Shown here: positions 37,796 through 46,089 of the stretch, piece after piece
Layout of the letters: the number at the start of each line of letters is the position of its first letter
How positions within the stretch are numbered: the stretch's first letter is position 1
Program-made: the position numbers and the translations under genes
Assembly (NCBI GenBank): GCA_963713925.1
Contig: OY970212.1
Coordinates: 1,212,274 to 1,276,273 of the forward strand
DNA from: an uncultured bacterium
Lineage (GTDB): Bacteria; Babelota; Babeliae; Babelales; Vermiphilaceae
DNA: 64,000 nucleotides
Reading direction: 5' to 3'
The notes under the pieces: generated by a model
Told to the model about the DNA's origin: nothing
The model's input: the letters and a program-made list of their open reading frames with translations, nothing else
Database searches by the model: none

Positions 37796-38082
37796 TAAGA
37801 TGTTCCTTGGTATCAGGCGAGTGTCATTACGATTTTCTGGAAACACCCGTCTTTTGCCAATATACCTATAAAAAAAGGCTCCTGCAAACCCACCCGGAAG
37901 AAGTCCCTTGCTATTTGAGCTTATATTATTGTGACATTCTCTGTCCAATCAAAACAAGCCGCAATTTCAAGAGTATGCGAACCCTGGAATTGCAAGGTAC
38001 ATATGGTGGGTGATATTTTACGTGATCATTTCTGTGGCGTTTATCGATGACGTTTCTCTATTGATCAATAGGCTAAAAACAA

Positions 38083-38117
38083 CGCACCTGCAAGCGTAAA
38101 ATAAGTTTGCAGGTGCG
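38083..38117 (-). terminator. Rho-independent terminator of the 38139-38612 gene
   Basis: 11-bp stem CGCACCTGCAA-N13-TTGCAGGTGCG. On the minus strand it is followed by TTGTTTTT. Confidence 0.7.
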
Positions 38118-38138
38118 TCGTCTGTAATTGCAACGAAT

Positions 38139-38612
38139 TTATTTTTGCATGTATGGCTGGAGCGCATTTTTAAAAGCTTCGAATCTCGCCTTGGCAAGAT
38201 CGCCTTTATCAACGCCAACAAGATCCCATTCCTTATCTTGTGCTATTGCGTTCGCTTTTGCTTCCATTTGTTTCAAAAATTTTTCTGCGCTCAAGGGAGC
38301 GCGGCCTAATCTTTTACGCACATCATTCATCCTAAGAAACATCATTTCAGGTTTGTCAAAATCAGACTCATCCCGTTTAGTTACAAACGTTGTAATCGAA
38401 TATGCAACCTTATCAAAAATCGCTTCTTTCTTCTCATCCAACTTTTTTAATTTTTCGCTCGCGTCACGCAAAACATTAGCCCCTTCAGTTTCTGACCAAG
38501 ACCTATAAAGCTCATCGTTAGCGGATGTATAGGGAGTAATTTGTGAGAGTTTGTCTGCAGAAAAAATTTTTGTGTTCAACAATAAACACAAGCTCATCAT
38601 CATTTTTTTCAC
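38139..38612 (-). CDS. hypothetical secreted protein
   Basis: 157 aa. Signal peptide MKKMMMSLCLLLNTKIFSA. Helical and charged. Confidence 0.55.
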   Translation of the reverse strand: MKKMMMSLCLLLNTKIFSADKLSQITPYTSANDELYRSWSETEGANVLRDASEKLKKLDEKKEAIFDKVAYSITTFVTKRDESDFDKPEMMFLRMNDVRKRLGRAPLSAEKFLKQMEAKANAIAQDKEWDLVGVDKGDLAKARFEAFKNALQPYMQK

Positions 38613-38837
38613 AGCTGATTCCTTCCTTATTTCAACTCAATATTCTTGCTTGATCAATGTACTATACAACAATACCGATGCAAATTTGTCAAGCTGCCTT
38701 GGATTCAACTTACTGCTTCCTTTTGAAATCTGAGTAAACTCTAGGCGTGCAAGCATAACTCTGTTAATGTTAAGGGAAGTTCTATTACAGAGATCATATT
38801 TTGAAAGCAAACTAATAGCTGCATTCATAGCCTGAAA

Positions 38838-38872
38838 AATCAAAGATTTTGAGTTACTCAAAATCTTTGATT
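38838..38872. promoter_or_regulatory. perfect 16-bp inverted repeat immediately upstream of the gspE RBS
   Basis: AATCAAAGATTTTGAG-TTA-CTCAAAATCTTTGATT. It ends 16 nt before the ATG at 38889. GAGG is at 38883. Confidence 0.5.
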
Positions 38873-38888
38873 ATAGATTGCGAGGTAC

Positions 38889-40595
38889 ATGATGAAAACA
38901 GTTGGTGATATTTTAGTTGATATGGGTATAATCACCCCCGCCGCGCTTATCGATGCCCAATCGAAAGCACAAAGCGCGCAGCAACGACTTGAAAAGTATC
39001 TATTAGATAAAAAATTAATAACGCAAGCGCAACTAGCTCAAGCATATGCAAAGTATTCAGGATGGGAATACATAGAAAAAATTACCGATTTGATGACCGA
39101 TCTTGATCTGCTTGCAAAAGTCCCGCTGAAATTTTTAAGAGATAATGCAATCATGCCACTGAGCATTGATGGCAAGCTCGTGCTCGTGGCGGCAGATCCG
39201 ATTAAGTATCAACCGCTTGATGAACTTAATATGTTGCTCGGCGGTGGCGCGCGGTATGCCATTGGACCCGAGAATGTGGTGATTGACGCCATCAACAGAT
39301 ATTATCCGCTTGAAGGCGCAAAACAGGTTATTGCCGAACTTGAGGAAGAGGAAGAGGTTTTACCCGATGTTGAACTTTCTCACATTGAAGAAAAAGATAT
39401 CACCTCAATGGCAGCAGAAGCTCCTATTATTAAGCTCGTTAACAGCATTTTGTATCAAGCTGCAAAGCGCGGGGCATCAGATATTCACGTTGAACCATTT
39501 GAAAAAGAATTGAGCGTGCGTTATCGCATCGACGGAGTCATGTACACCGTTATGACACCGCCAAAACGCTTACAAGGAGCGCTCATTTCTCGCATAAAAA
39601 TTATGGCCAATCTTAATATCGCCGAAAAACGCCTTCCGCAAGACGGTCGTATCGATTTAAAAGTGGCGGGCAAAGCGATTGATATTCGTGTGTCTGTGTT
39701 GCCGGTTGCTTTTGGGGAACGCGTTGTTATGCGTTTACTTGATAAATCACGCAGCTTTGCAAAATTGGCAGACATTGACTTCAGCGAGCGCGATTACAAA
39801 GTCATGGAAGAAAGCATTTCAAAACCAAACGGTATTATTTACATCACCGGGCCAACAGGTTCGGGTAAAACAACCACCTTGTATTCAATTTTGGGTGAAC
39901 TTAACAAACCGGAAGTGAACATCATAACTGTCGAAGATCCGGTTGAATATCAAATGGCCGGCATTGGGCAAGTACAAGTGCGTGAAAAGGTGGGGCTTAC
40001 TTTTGCCGCCGCATTGCGCTCCATTTTGCGACAAGACCCTGATATCATCATGATTGGGGAAACGCGTGATCAAGAAACTGCCCAAATTGCTATTCAATCC
40101 GCGCTGACCGGACACTTAGTGCTCAGCACCTTACACACCAACAGCGCTCCCGCCACCATCACTCGATTAATCGACATGGGAGTTGAACCATTTTTAATAG
40201 CATCTTCGATTCACTTGGCAATGGCTCAGCGTTTGGTTAGAAAATTGTGTCCCAACTGTAAAAAAGTATATACGCCTTCTGAGCAATTGCTCAACAGCAT
40301 CGGACTTTCAAAAAAAGACGCACAATCAATCACTTTTTATGAAGCAATTGGGTGTGATGAATGTTCTCAAACAGGATATCGCGGTCGCCTTGCGCTCTTT
40401 GAACTTATGTCGATGACGCCAGGCATTGCTCGACTCACCATGGAACGTGCTGACACTGCTCAATTGCGTCGACAAGCACAATCTGATGGCATGACACTTC
40501 TTGTTCAAGATGGTCTGAGAAAGATTAAGCAAGGGCTTACAACTATCGAGGAAGTCTTGTCTGTCGCTACTATTGAGCAAGAGGTCGTGGAGTAG
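38889..40595 (+). CDS. gspE: type II secretion / type IV pilus assembly ATPase (GspE/PilB family)
   Basis: N-terminal T2SSE_N-like domain. Walker A GPTGSGKTTT, Walker B IIMIGETRD, His box TGHLVLSTLHTN. Tetracysteine CPNCK...CDECSQTGYRGR. Confidence 0.9.
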   Translation: MMKTVGDILVDMGIITPAALIDAQSKAQSAQQRLEKYLLDKKLITQAQLAQAYAKYSGWEYIEKITDLMTDLDLLAKVPLKFLRDNAIMPLSIDGKLVLVAADPIKYQPLDELNMLLGGGARYAIGPENVVIDAINRYYPLEGAKQVIAELEEEEEVLPDVELSHIEEKDITSMAAEAPIIKLVNSILYQAAKRGASDIHVEPFEKELSVRYRIDGVMYTVMTPPKRLQGALISRIKIMANLNIAEKRLPQDGRIDLKVAGKAIDIRVSVLPVAFGERVVMRLLDKSRSFAKLADIDFSERDYKVMEESISKPNGIIYITGPTGSGKTTTLYSILGELNKPEVNIITVEDPVEYQMAGIGQVQVREKVGLTFAAALRSILRQDPDIIMIGETRDQETAQIAIQSALTGHLVLSTLHTNSAPATITRLIDMGVEPFLIASSIHLAMAQRLVRKLCPNCKKVYTPSEQLLNSIGLSKKDAQSITFYEAIGCDECSQTGYRGRLALFELMSMTPGIARLTMERADTAQLRRQAQSDGMTLLVQDGLRKIKQGLTTIEEVLSVATIEQEVVE

Positions 40596-40620
40596 AACCT
40601 ATCGCAAAGCTAAAAAAAAG

Positions 40621-40852
40621 AAAAAATCTGCTCTCCGTTTTACCCATGCTTTCGCATGGGGCACTCGCTGTTCGTGGTGAGCGAAACGTAGTGCAGTCGA
40701 ACCATACGAACAAAAAAATATGCATATGGGATAGCGGGTAATGAAAAATTTTGCAAAAAAGACACAAACAAAAAAGTTCGAATGGTTCGACTACGTTGCA
40801 TTTTTTCCCATGCTTTACGCATGGGGCCCGCAACTTCGCTCACCACGAACGG
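40621..40852. mobile_element. family-1 MITE-like inverted pair between gspE and the pseudopilin gene
   Basis: Left arm at 40621-40711 (AAAAAATCTGCTCTCCG...GTCGAACCATACGAAC). Right arm at 40776-40852 (GTTCGAATGGTTCGAC...CTCACCACGAACGG). The 64-nt centre is reverse-complement homologous to the centre of the 62458-62609 copy. Confidence 0.8.
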
Positions 40853-40866
40853 CTGGAGATTGTTTT

Positions 40867-41394
40867 ATGCCTACGATAAAAATTCAATGGAGCCTAGATC
40901 GCCTACGCCCCAGTAAATCCGGATTTACACTCGTGGAACTCATGGTTGTGATTACTGTTGTCTGTGTGATAGCAGGCTTAGGCATACTACAGTCTTCTTC
41001 ATTTGCACACATCACAGCACGTTCTGAGTTGTATAAACTACATGCCGTTTGCCGCTATCTACAATCGCTCGCTCGCACAACCGGCCATACGCAGCAGTTA
41101 GTCTTCACATGCAACGGATATCAATTTGATGGACAGGAAACAACATTTGCCTCAGGTGTTTCAATTGGATGTAAACCGGGAATATATGGCCCTCCCGGAA
41201 AGCCGACGCATGCAGTCAACGGCCCCTGCAGTTTTGCTCATAACCGAATTGATTTTCATCCTCATGGCATTATAAGCTCAGGCGTGGTATACATCAAAGG
41301 ATGTGATGGTAGACAATATGCACTCAGCAACAGTGTTTCAGATATTTCTTACCTAAGAAATTATGAATATGCTGATGGTTGGCGCCAAATATAA
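40867..41394 (+). CDS. prepilin-type pseudopilin (GspH/FimT-like)
   Basis: Class III signal ...RPSKSG/FTLVELMVVITVV with Gly at -1, Phe at +1 and Glu at +5. Start set at ATG 40867. The track ORF from 40741 translates the MITE. Confidence 0.8.
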   Translation: MPTIKIQWSLDRLRPSKSGFTLVELMVVITVVCVIAGLGILQSSSFAHITARSELYKLHAVCRYLQSLARTTGHTQQLVFTCNGYQFDGQETTFASGVSIGCKPGIYGPPGKPTHAVNGPCSFAHNRIDFHPHGIISSGVVYIKGCDGRQYALSNSVSDISYLRNYEYADGWRQI

Positions 41395-41428
41395 AACCCC
41401 ATGTGAACCGGGGGAACCTCCAAATATA

Positions 41429-41575
41429 AGAGCTTATACGAAAAATTAAGCTCTCTACCTAAAAAAGGGTTGGTTGTCATGCTGAACTTGTTTCAGCATC
41501 CAGGTTAAATAGATCCTGAAATAAATTCAGGATGACATAACAATAAGGAATTTCCGGTATTTTCTGATAAGCTCT
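41429..41575 (+). mobile_element. family-2 147-bp TIR-bounded element (copy 2), upstream of tamB
   Basis: AGAGCTTATACGAAAA ... TTTTCTGATAAGCTCT inverted termini. The 64-nt core is identical to copy 1. It ends 7 nt before the tamB ATG. Confidence 0.85.
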
Positions 41576-41582
41576 AAATTTT

Positions 41583-44288
41583 ATGCGCAGACAACTTTTT
41601 ATCCTTTTTGCATCCCTTGTTCTTATTGGAATAGTGTTAGGCATCATTGCAAACATCCAAGGAAGCTCGGTACATCAATATCTTGAACAAGTCATCATCA
41701 AATCGTGCGAAAAAACACTTGAATGTCGCCTTTCAACGCGGCTGGAAAGTGTTGGCTTCTTGCACAATCAAGTAGTCCTGAAAAATTTACACGCAACTCC
41801 CATCAACAATGATAATTCGTGGGGTTGGACTTGTAAGAAACTCACGTTGTCATTTAGCCTCTGGCAATTAATAAGCAAACGATTATTCGCCTTTGCGCTT
41901 GATTGTCATGAATTCAATGTTCAAACAACATATGACAACGGATCTTTTGGCATCACACCACATTTGAATGCATTAGCTCGAGAACCCGATTTCCCTCTTG
42001 AGATCGCGCTCACCGGATGTTCTGTCAAACCTATTAGCATTACTATAACTGACACACGGGGGAATTCGGTGAAAGCGAAAGCTCGTATTGCCGTTGCTCA
42101 AAGTGCAAAACAAGTCAAAATACGCTCACACATTCTTGAATGCGCAATCGCAACTCCCGAGCGGACTCTTGTGTGGAATACCGCCGGATCAATTGAAGCT
42201 GTTTGCAATAAAAAAACAATTGAGAAAAATATTATTTCACGCATACAAATGAGCTGCGAACCAATCAAAGGAGTCATCGAGCAATTCTCTTTCAATCTTG
42301 ATTGTAAAGATGACTGCGCCTCGTTATCGATTCACAATCATGATACATCATTAGCTCTCGATGAATGTACTGTGCGCTTGCAACCGCATCACATCATGTG
42401 CAAAGCTCACGCGCGAATGGGAAATATACAACGACTCCTCGGACAACTTGGCAACAAGAAATGTAGCGCCTCAGCGAACATCGGTGCAGAAATAGATTAT
42501 AAAAACGCAATCACCGCAAAGCTTCATGCTGACGTGGAAAACATAACCCTTCTTGATATAATCATGCCGTATAAAGCCACATTAGATGCTTCCTACGAAC
42601 AACAAAAAGCAAATGGAATTCTCACTATCGCACGTGATGGCACCGACATTTGCAATATATTGGCTTCCGCTGATATGGCGCACAATGATTACCAAGCTTC
42701 TGCAGAGCTTCTCGAAGCCCAAAACATATACGGATACATGCTCAATTCGTGCTGTCTACAAGCAAGCTTGCATCAATGTCTTTTCAGTTCGCATCTTGAA
42801 AGCGATATCACCAATCAAAATGGTGGACATGTTCCTCTGAATATCACACTATCCCCAAACAAAGATACCCATGAGATAGTAGGGTCGGTCGGCTCTGCGA
42901 CACTTTCAGGAGAAGTTACATTAAATGAAAAAACTATGGAAGGCGAGTTGCGTCTGCATTCTGCTCAACAAAATCTTTTGGGTTCTTGCGCAGTAAGTGT
43001 AGGAGAAAAAAAGAGCTCGTGCCACGCGAATATCAATTCTTCCGGCATACAACTCTGTTTAGATCAGCTCAATCACCCTATACAAGCCGATGGAACTATT
43101 GACATACAAACAAAATTGCAAGACGACATCCTCTTTTTTCAAACATCATTTAACGGAATGGCTCGCCTTGGTTCGCTGCATAATTGGCTCAAAAAAATTT
43201 CGCTTGAAGGTTATTATAACTTTGAAAACAAAACGTGTTATCTACATACATTGGATGGGGAATTGTATCGTGGCTCATTTCATATGGCAGATGCGCGATG
43301 CGTGTTGGACCAACAGTATGGTCTTGAATATCTGCATGCGCCCATCACTCTATCGGAATGCTTGATTAACATACGAAAAGATCTCTTTACGATGATATCA
43401 TCAGGCCTTGTTATTTCTTACAAAAAGCAGGAACAACCGTACATCTCAGGAACCATTTTCTTTGATAAAACGATGATTAAAGAAAATCTTTTTTCACCAC
43501 AATTCATTCAATCATTGTTTCCTCAGTCAGTTGCAACAAACAAAACATTCTTTGTCGATCCTCTCTTTTCCATTGCGATACAAACAAAAGATGTTATTCA
43601 CGTTAAAACACCACTTCTGGAACTTGCCGCCCACATGAGATTATCGCTCCAAGGATCTGCATCACACCCAGAACTACAAGGCCGCATTTTACTCCAATCA
43701 GGCTCACTTGCCTTCCCCTATGCGCGATTATTGTTTTCAAAAGGTAAAATAGAATTTGCAAAAGACAGAATTACTGACCCCATCATCGAACTTCATGCAC
43801 GCAACACCATAAAAAAATATAAAATCAGTTTGCAAGTCACCGGCTCGCTCAAATATCCTCATATTCTTTTGGATTCATACCCAAATCTTTCCCAAGAGCA
43901 AATTCTCTGTTTATTACTTGCCGGATCACCTGATTCGCTCTCCGGAATTGCTCCGGCAGCGCTCCTACAAAGTATGAAATATCTTGTGCTTGATGCAGAA
44001 CATGCACCATCCAAGCTGCATGCCGCTATTCGTCAATTGTTTGCTCCATTTAAACATATCTATCTCATTCCAAGTTTTTCAGATCAAACAAGCAGAGGTG
44101 GATTGCGCGGAGCTATCGAAATTGATATAGCGGATCGCTGGCGAGCCCTCATTCAGAAAAACTTTAGCTTGACAGAAGATACAAGACTTGAAATAGAGTA
44201 TGCAATAACGGATGACATGTGGTTCCGAGCATTTCGAGACGAACGTCATGACGTTGGGGCCGAATTGGAGTTTCGGTGGAAGTTTTAA
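41583..44288 (+). CDS. tamB: TamB-like translocation and assembly module protein
   Basis: N-terminal TM anchor and a long beta-rich body. DUF490-type C-terminus (LQGRILLQSGSLAFPYARLLFSKGKIEF...ISLQVTGSLKYPHILLDSYPNLSQEQILCLLLAG). Confidence 0.7.
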   Translation: MRRQLFILFASLVLIGIVLGIIANIQGSSVHQYLEQVIIKSCEKTLECRLSTRLESVGFLHNQVVLKNLHATPINNDNSWGWTCKKLTLSFSLWQLISKRLFAFALDCHEFNVQTTYDNGSFGITPHLNALAREPDFPLEIALTGCSVKPISITITDTRGNSVKAKARIAVAQSAKQVKIRSHILECAIATPERTLVWNTAGSIEAVCNKKTIEKNIISRIQMSCEPIKGVIEQFSFNLDCKDDCASLSIHNHDTSLALDECTVRLQPHHIMCKAHARMGNIQRLLGQLGNKKCSASANIGAEIDYKNAITAKLHADVENITLLDIIMPYKATLDASYEQQKANGILTIARDGTDICNILASADMAHNDYQASAELLEAQNIYGYMLNSCCLQASLHQCLFSSHLESDITNQNGGHVPLNITLSPNKDTHEIVGSVGSATLSGEVTLNEKTMEGELRLHSAQQNLLGSCAVSVGEKKSSCHANINSSGIQLCLDQLNHPIQADGTIDIQTKLQDDILFFQTSFNGMARLGSLHNWLKKISLEGYYNFENKTCYLHTLDGELYRGSFHMADARCVLDQQYGLEYLHAPITLSECLINIRKDLFTMISSGLVISYKKQEQPYISGTIFFDKTMIKENLFSPQFIQSLFPQSVATNKTFFVDPLFSIAIQTKDVIHVKTPLLELAAHMRLSLQGSASHPELQGRILLQSGSLAFPYARLLFSKGKIEFAKDRITDPIIELHARNTIKKYKISLQVTGSLKYPHILLDSYPNLSQEQILCLLLAGSPDSLSGIAPAALLQSMKYLVLDAEHAPSKLHAAIRQLFAPFKHIYLIPSFSDQTSRGGLRGAIEIDIADRWRALIQKNFSLTEDTRLEIEYAITDDMWFRAFRDERHDVGAELEFRWKF

Positions 44289-44306
44289 AAAAGTATAAGG
44301 GAAGTA

Positions 44307-45152
44307 ATGAAGCATATGGTAGTAGTAATACTGTGCGCGTTATCGACAATAACGCCCGCAACATGGTGTATATATAACAAAACTCATTTTGTTATTGACC
44401 AGTCAGGAAATCCGGTAAAAGATGCTCAGTTGTCCCAGGGTTTGGATTCAATTGAACGCCCTCGAGAAAAAAAGAACAGTTCATATCGCGTCTTTTTCAG
44501 CCCAAATGATGATGTGCGCGCCCGCCTGATCGATTTGATCAATCACGAAAAGAAATCTATTAAAGTTTCTATTTTTATGTTCACCGATAAGGATATCGCA
44601 CATGCGCTCATTAGTGCGGCGCAACGGAATGTTCAAGTGGCTGTCATTGTTGATGGAGCAGCGAGCGCTGATCGATTTAGTAAAATTGAAATGCTCAAGC
44701 GTTCCGGCATTGATGTTTTTGAATATAAACCGCAAGCCCCAACCGGTATCAACAATGATATCATGCATCACAAATTTGTAATTTTTGGATCAAATCAAGA
44801 TGATTGCTCATTGCTCTGGACAGGATCATGTAATTTCACACGATCTGCATCAGTGCGTAATCGAGAAAATGTTATCGTACTTGATGATACGGGTGTAATA
44901 GAACAATTTGAGCAAGAATTTGAGCGTCTGAAGCAAATAATTAAAAAATCATCATCCATGCTTCACTTGTCCGGGCGGTCTTACCCAAGTTCCGTTTCAC
45001 TACACTTGGGGCCCAAACTTCAGCTCGGCCCTGTGCGCCATAGCTCCTACGAGCGGCGGCGTAAAGTTACGCAGGACAGGCAAGCTACACGACAAGTTCG
45101 AAAGGCAAGCAGGATAACCAAGCGATATATCAGAAATAATGAAATATGTTGA
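44307..45152 (+). CDS. secreted single-HKD phospholipase D-family protein (Nuc-like), with repeat-derived C-terminal extension
   Basis: Signal peptide. IKVSIFMFTDKDIAHALISAAQRNVQVAVIVD. HKD motif MHHKFVIFG...GSCNFTRSA. The last ~65 codons (from about 44954) are a family repeat copy translated in frame. Confidence 0.8.
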   Translation: MKHMVVVILCALSTITPATWCIYNKTHFVIDQSGNPVKDAQLSQGLDSIERPREKKNSSYRVFFSPNDDVRARLIDLINHEKKSIKVSIFMFTDKDIAHALISAAQRNVQVAVIVDGAASADRFSKIEMLKRSGIDVFEYKPQAPTGINNDIMHHKFVIFGSNQDDCSLLWTGSCNFTRSASVRNRENVIVLDDTGVIEQFEQEFERLKQIIKKSSSMLHLSGRSYPSSVSLHLGPKLQLGPVRHSSYERRRKVTQDRQATRQVRKASRITKRYIRNNEIC

Positions 45153-45324
45153 TAGGACAATAAAAATGAGCCAAGTTGAGACGGGAATTTCAGCAGGCTT
45201 CATTACTACAATTCCTTCTTAGCTCGATCATAATCTATTCGCCTTTTTTAAAAAAAGCAAGAAAAAAATCATTCATCGATTTTTGCTTCTATAACGAATA
45301 TCCGGTAAAAAATACGTAAAAAAA

Positions 45325-45349
45325 AGGGGAAATGTTTTTCATTTCCCCT
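45325..45349 (-). terminator. Rho-independent terminator of the ankyrin gene
   Basis: AGGGGAAATG-TTTTT-CATTTCCCCT. On the minus strand it is followed by a T8 run. Confidence 0.8.
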
Positions 45350-45357
45350 CTGCAACT

Positions 45358-45801
45358 TTATTGCAATAATGGAATAATATCTTTTCGGTTCAATTCTCGC
45401 GCTAACTCTAATGGTGTCTTGCCTTCATCATCTTTAATATCTTTTTGTGCGCCGGCTGCAACCAATGCTTTTACGGCTCCACTCTGATTTCTCATGGCAG
45501 CACCATGCATTGGAGTATCACCATTTGTTGGAAGCTGCTCATTTAAGTTAACACCTTGTTTCGCAAGTTGTTTGATCTTTGCAACATCTCCGGCGATTGC
45601 CGCTTTATACAAAGCAGGCATTTCGTTTTTTGAGTATAATGCAGCAGCACGCACCGACAGTGGTGTTCGCTTATTCACATTGATCGCCGCAGCAATTTGC
45701 GTGGATAATGATGCATCCTCCGCTTGCGCCACCGCAATGCCTAAGCACATTAACACAACAAAACCTATATATAATAGGGTAATCTTATTCTGACGTTTCA
45801 T
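45358..45801 (-). CDS. secreted ankyrin-repeat protein
   Basis: Signal peptide (ITLLYIGFVVLMCLGIAVAQA). ANK repeats (GDTPMHGAAMRNQSGAVKALVAAGAQ, EGKTPLELARELNRKDIIPLL). Start at ATG 45801 after AGGAGG. Confidence 0.85.
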   Translation of the reverse strand: MKRQNKITLLYIGFVVLMCLGIAVAQAEDASLSTQIAAAINVNKRTPLSVRAAALYSKNEMPALYKAAIAGDVAKIKQLAKQGVNLNEQLPTNGDTPMHGAAMRNQSGAVKALVAAGAQKDIKDDEGKTPLELARELNRKDIIPLLQ

Positions 45802-46089
45802 AACATCCTCCTGATTTTTACCCAAATTCCGTTTTCAACTTCATTTGGGACCCCACAAAATTGGATTTGGGGGTTATTTATTGGGAAAACCTCCATTTCC
45901 CCTGTCCCTGCATCTTCATTTTTTATGGTAGCATATTAAGAATGGTAAATTCAATAAAAAGTGCGTAAAAATAAGGCTTTTTTATTCTTTAGATATTAAC
46001 AGTCAAATTTCAAATACAGAAAAAAGCAACTCAAACTCTTGCGTTTGAAATTGCTTTTTTGCTATAATGCAAGCAATTAAGGAGTTGGC

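Noticed and set aside
38637-38861. 74-aa minus-strand ORF upstream of gspE
   Set aside because: No RBS or signal features. It ends inside the 16-bp palindrome, and the region is better explained as the gspE regulatory spacer.
40741-40866. N-terminal extension of the pseudopilin ORF
   Set aside because: The codons are the right arm of the MITE-like element. A prepilin leader this long is implausible, and ATG 40867 gives a proper class III signal.
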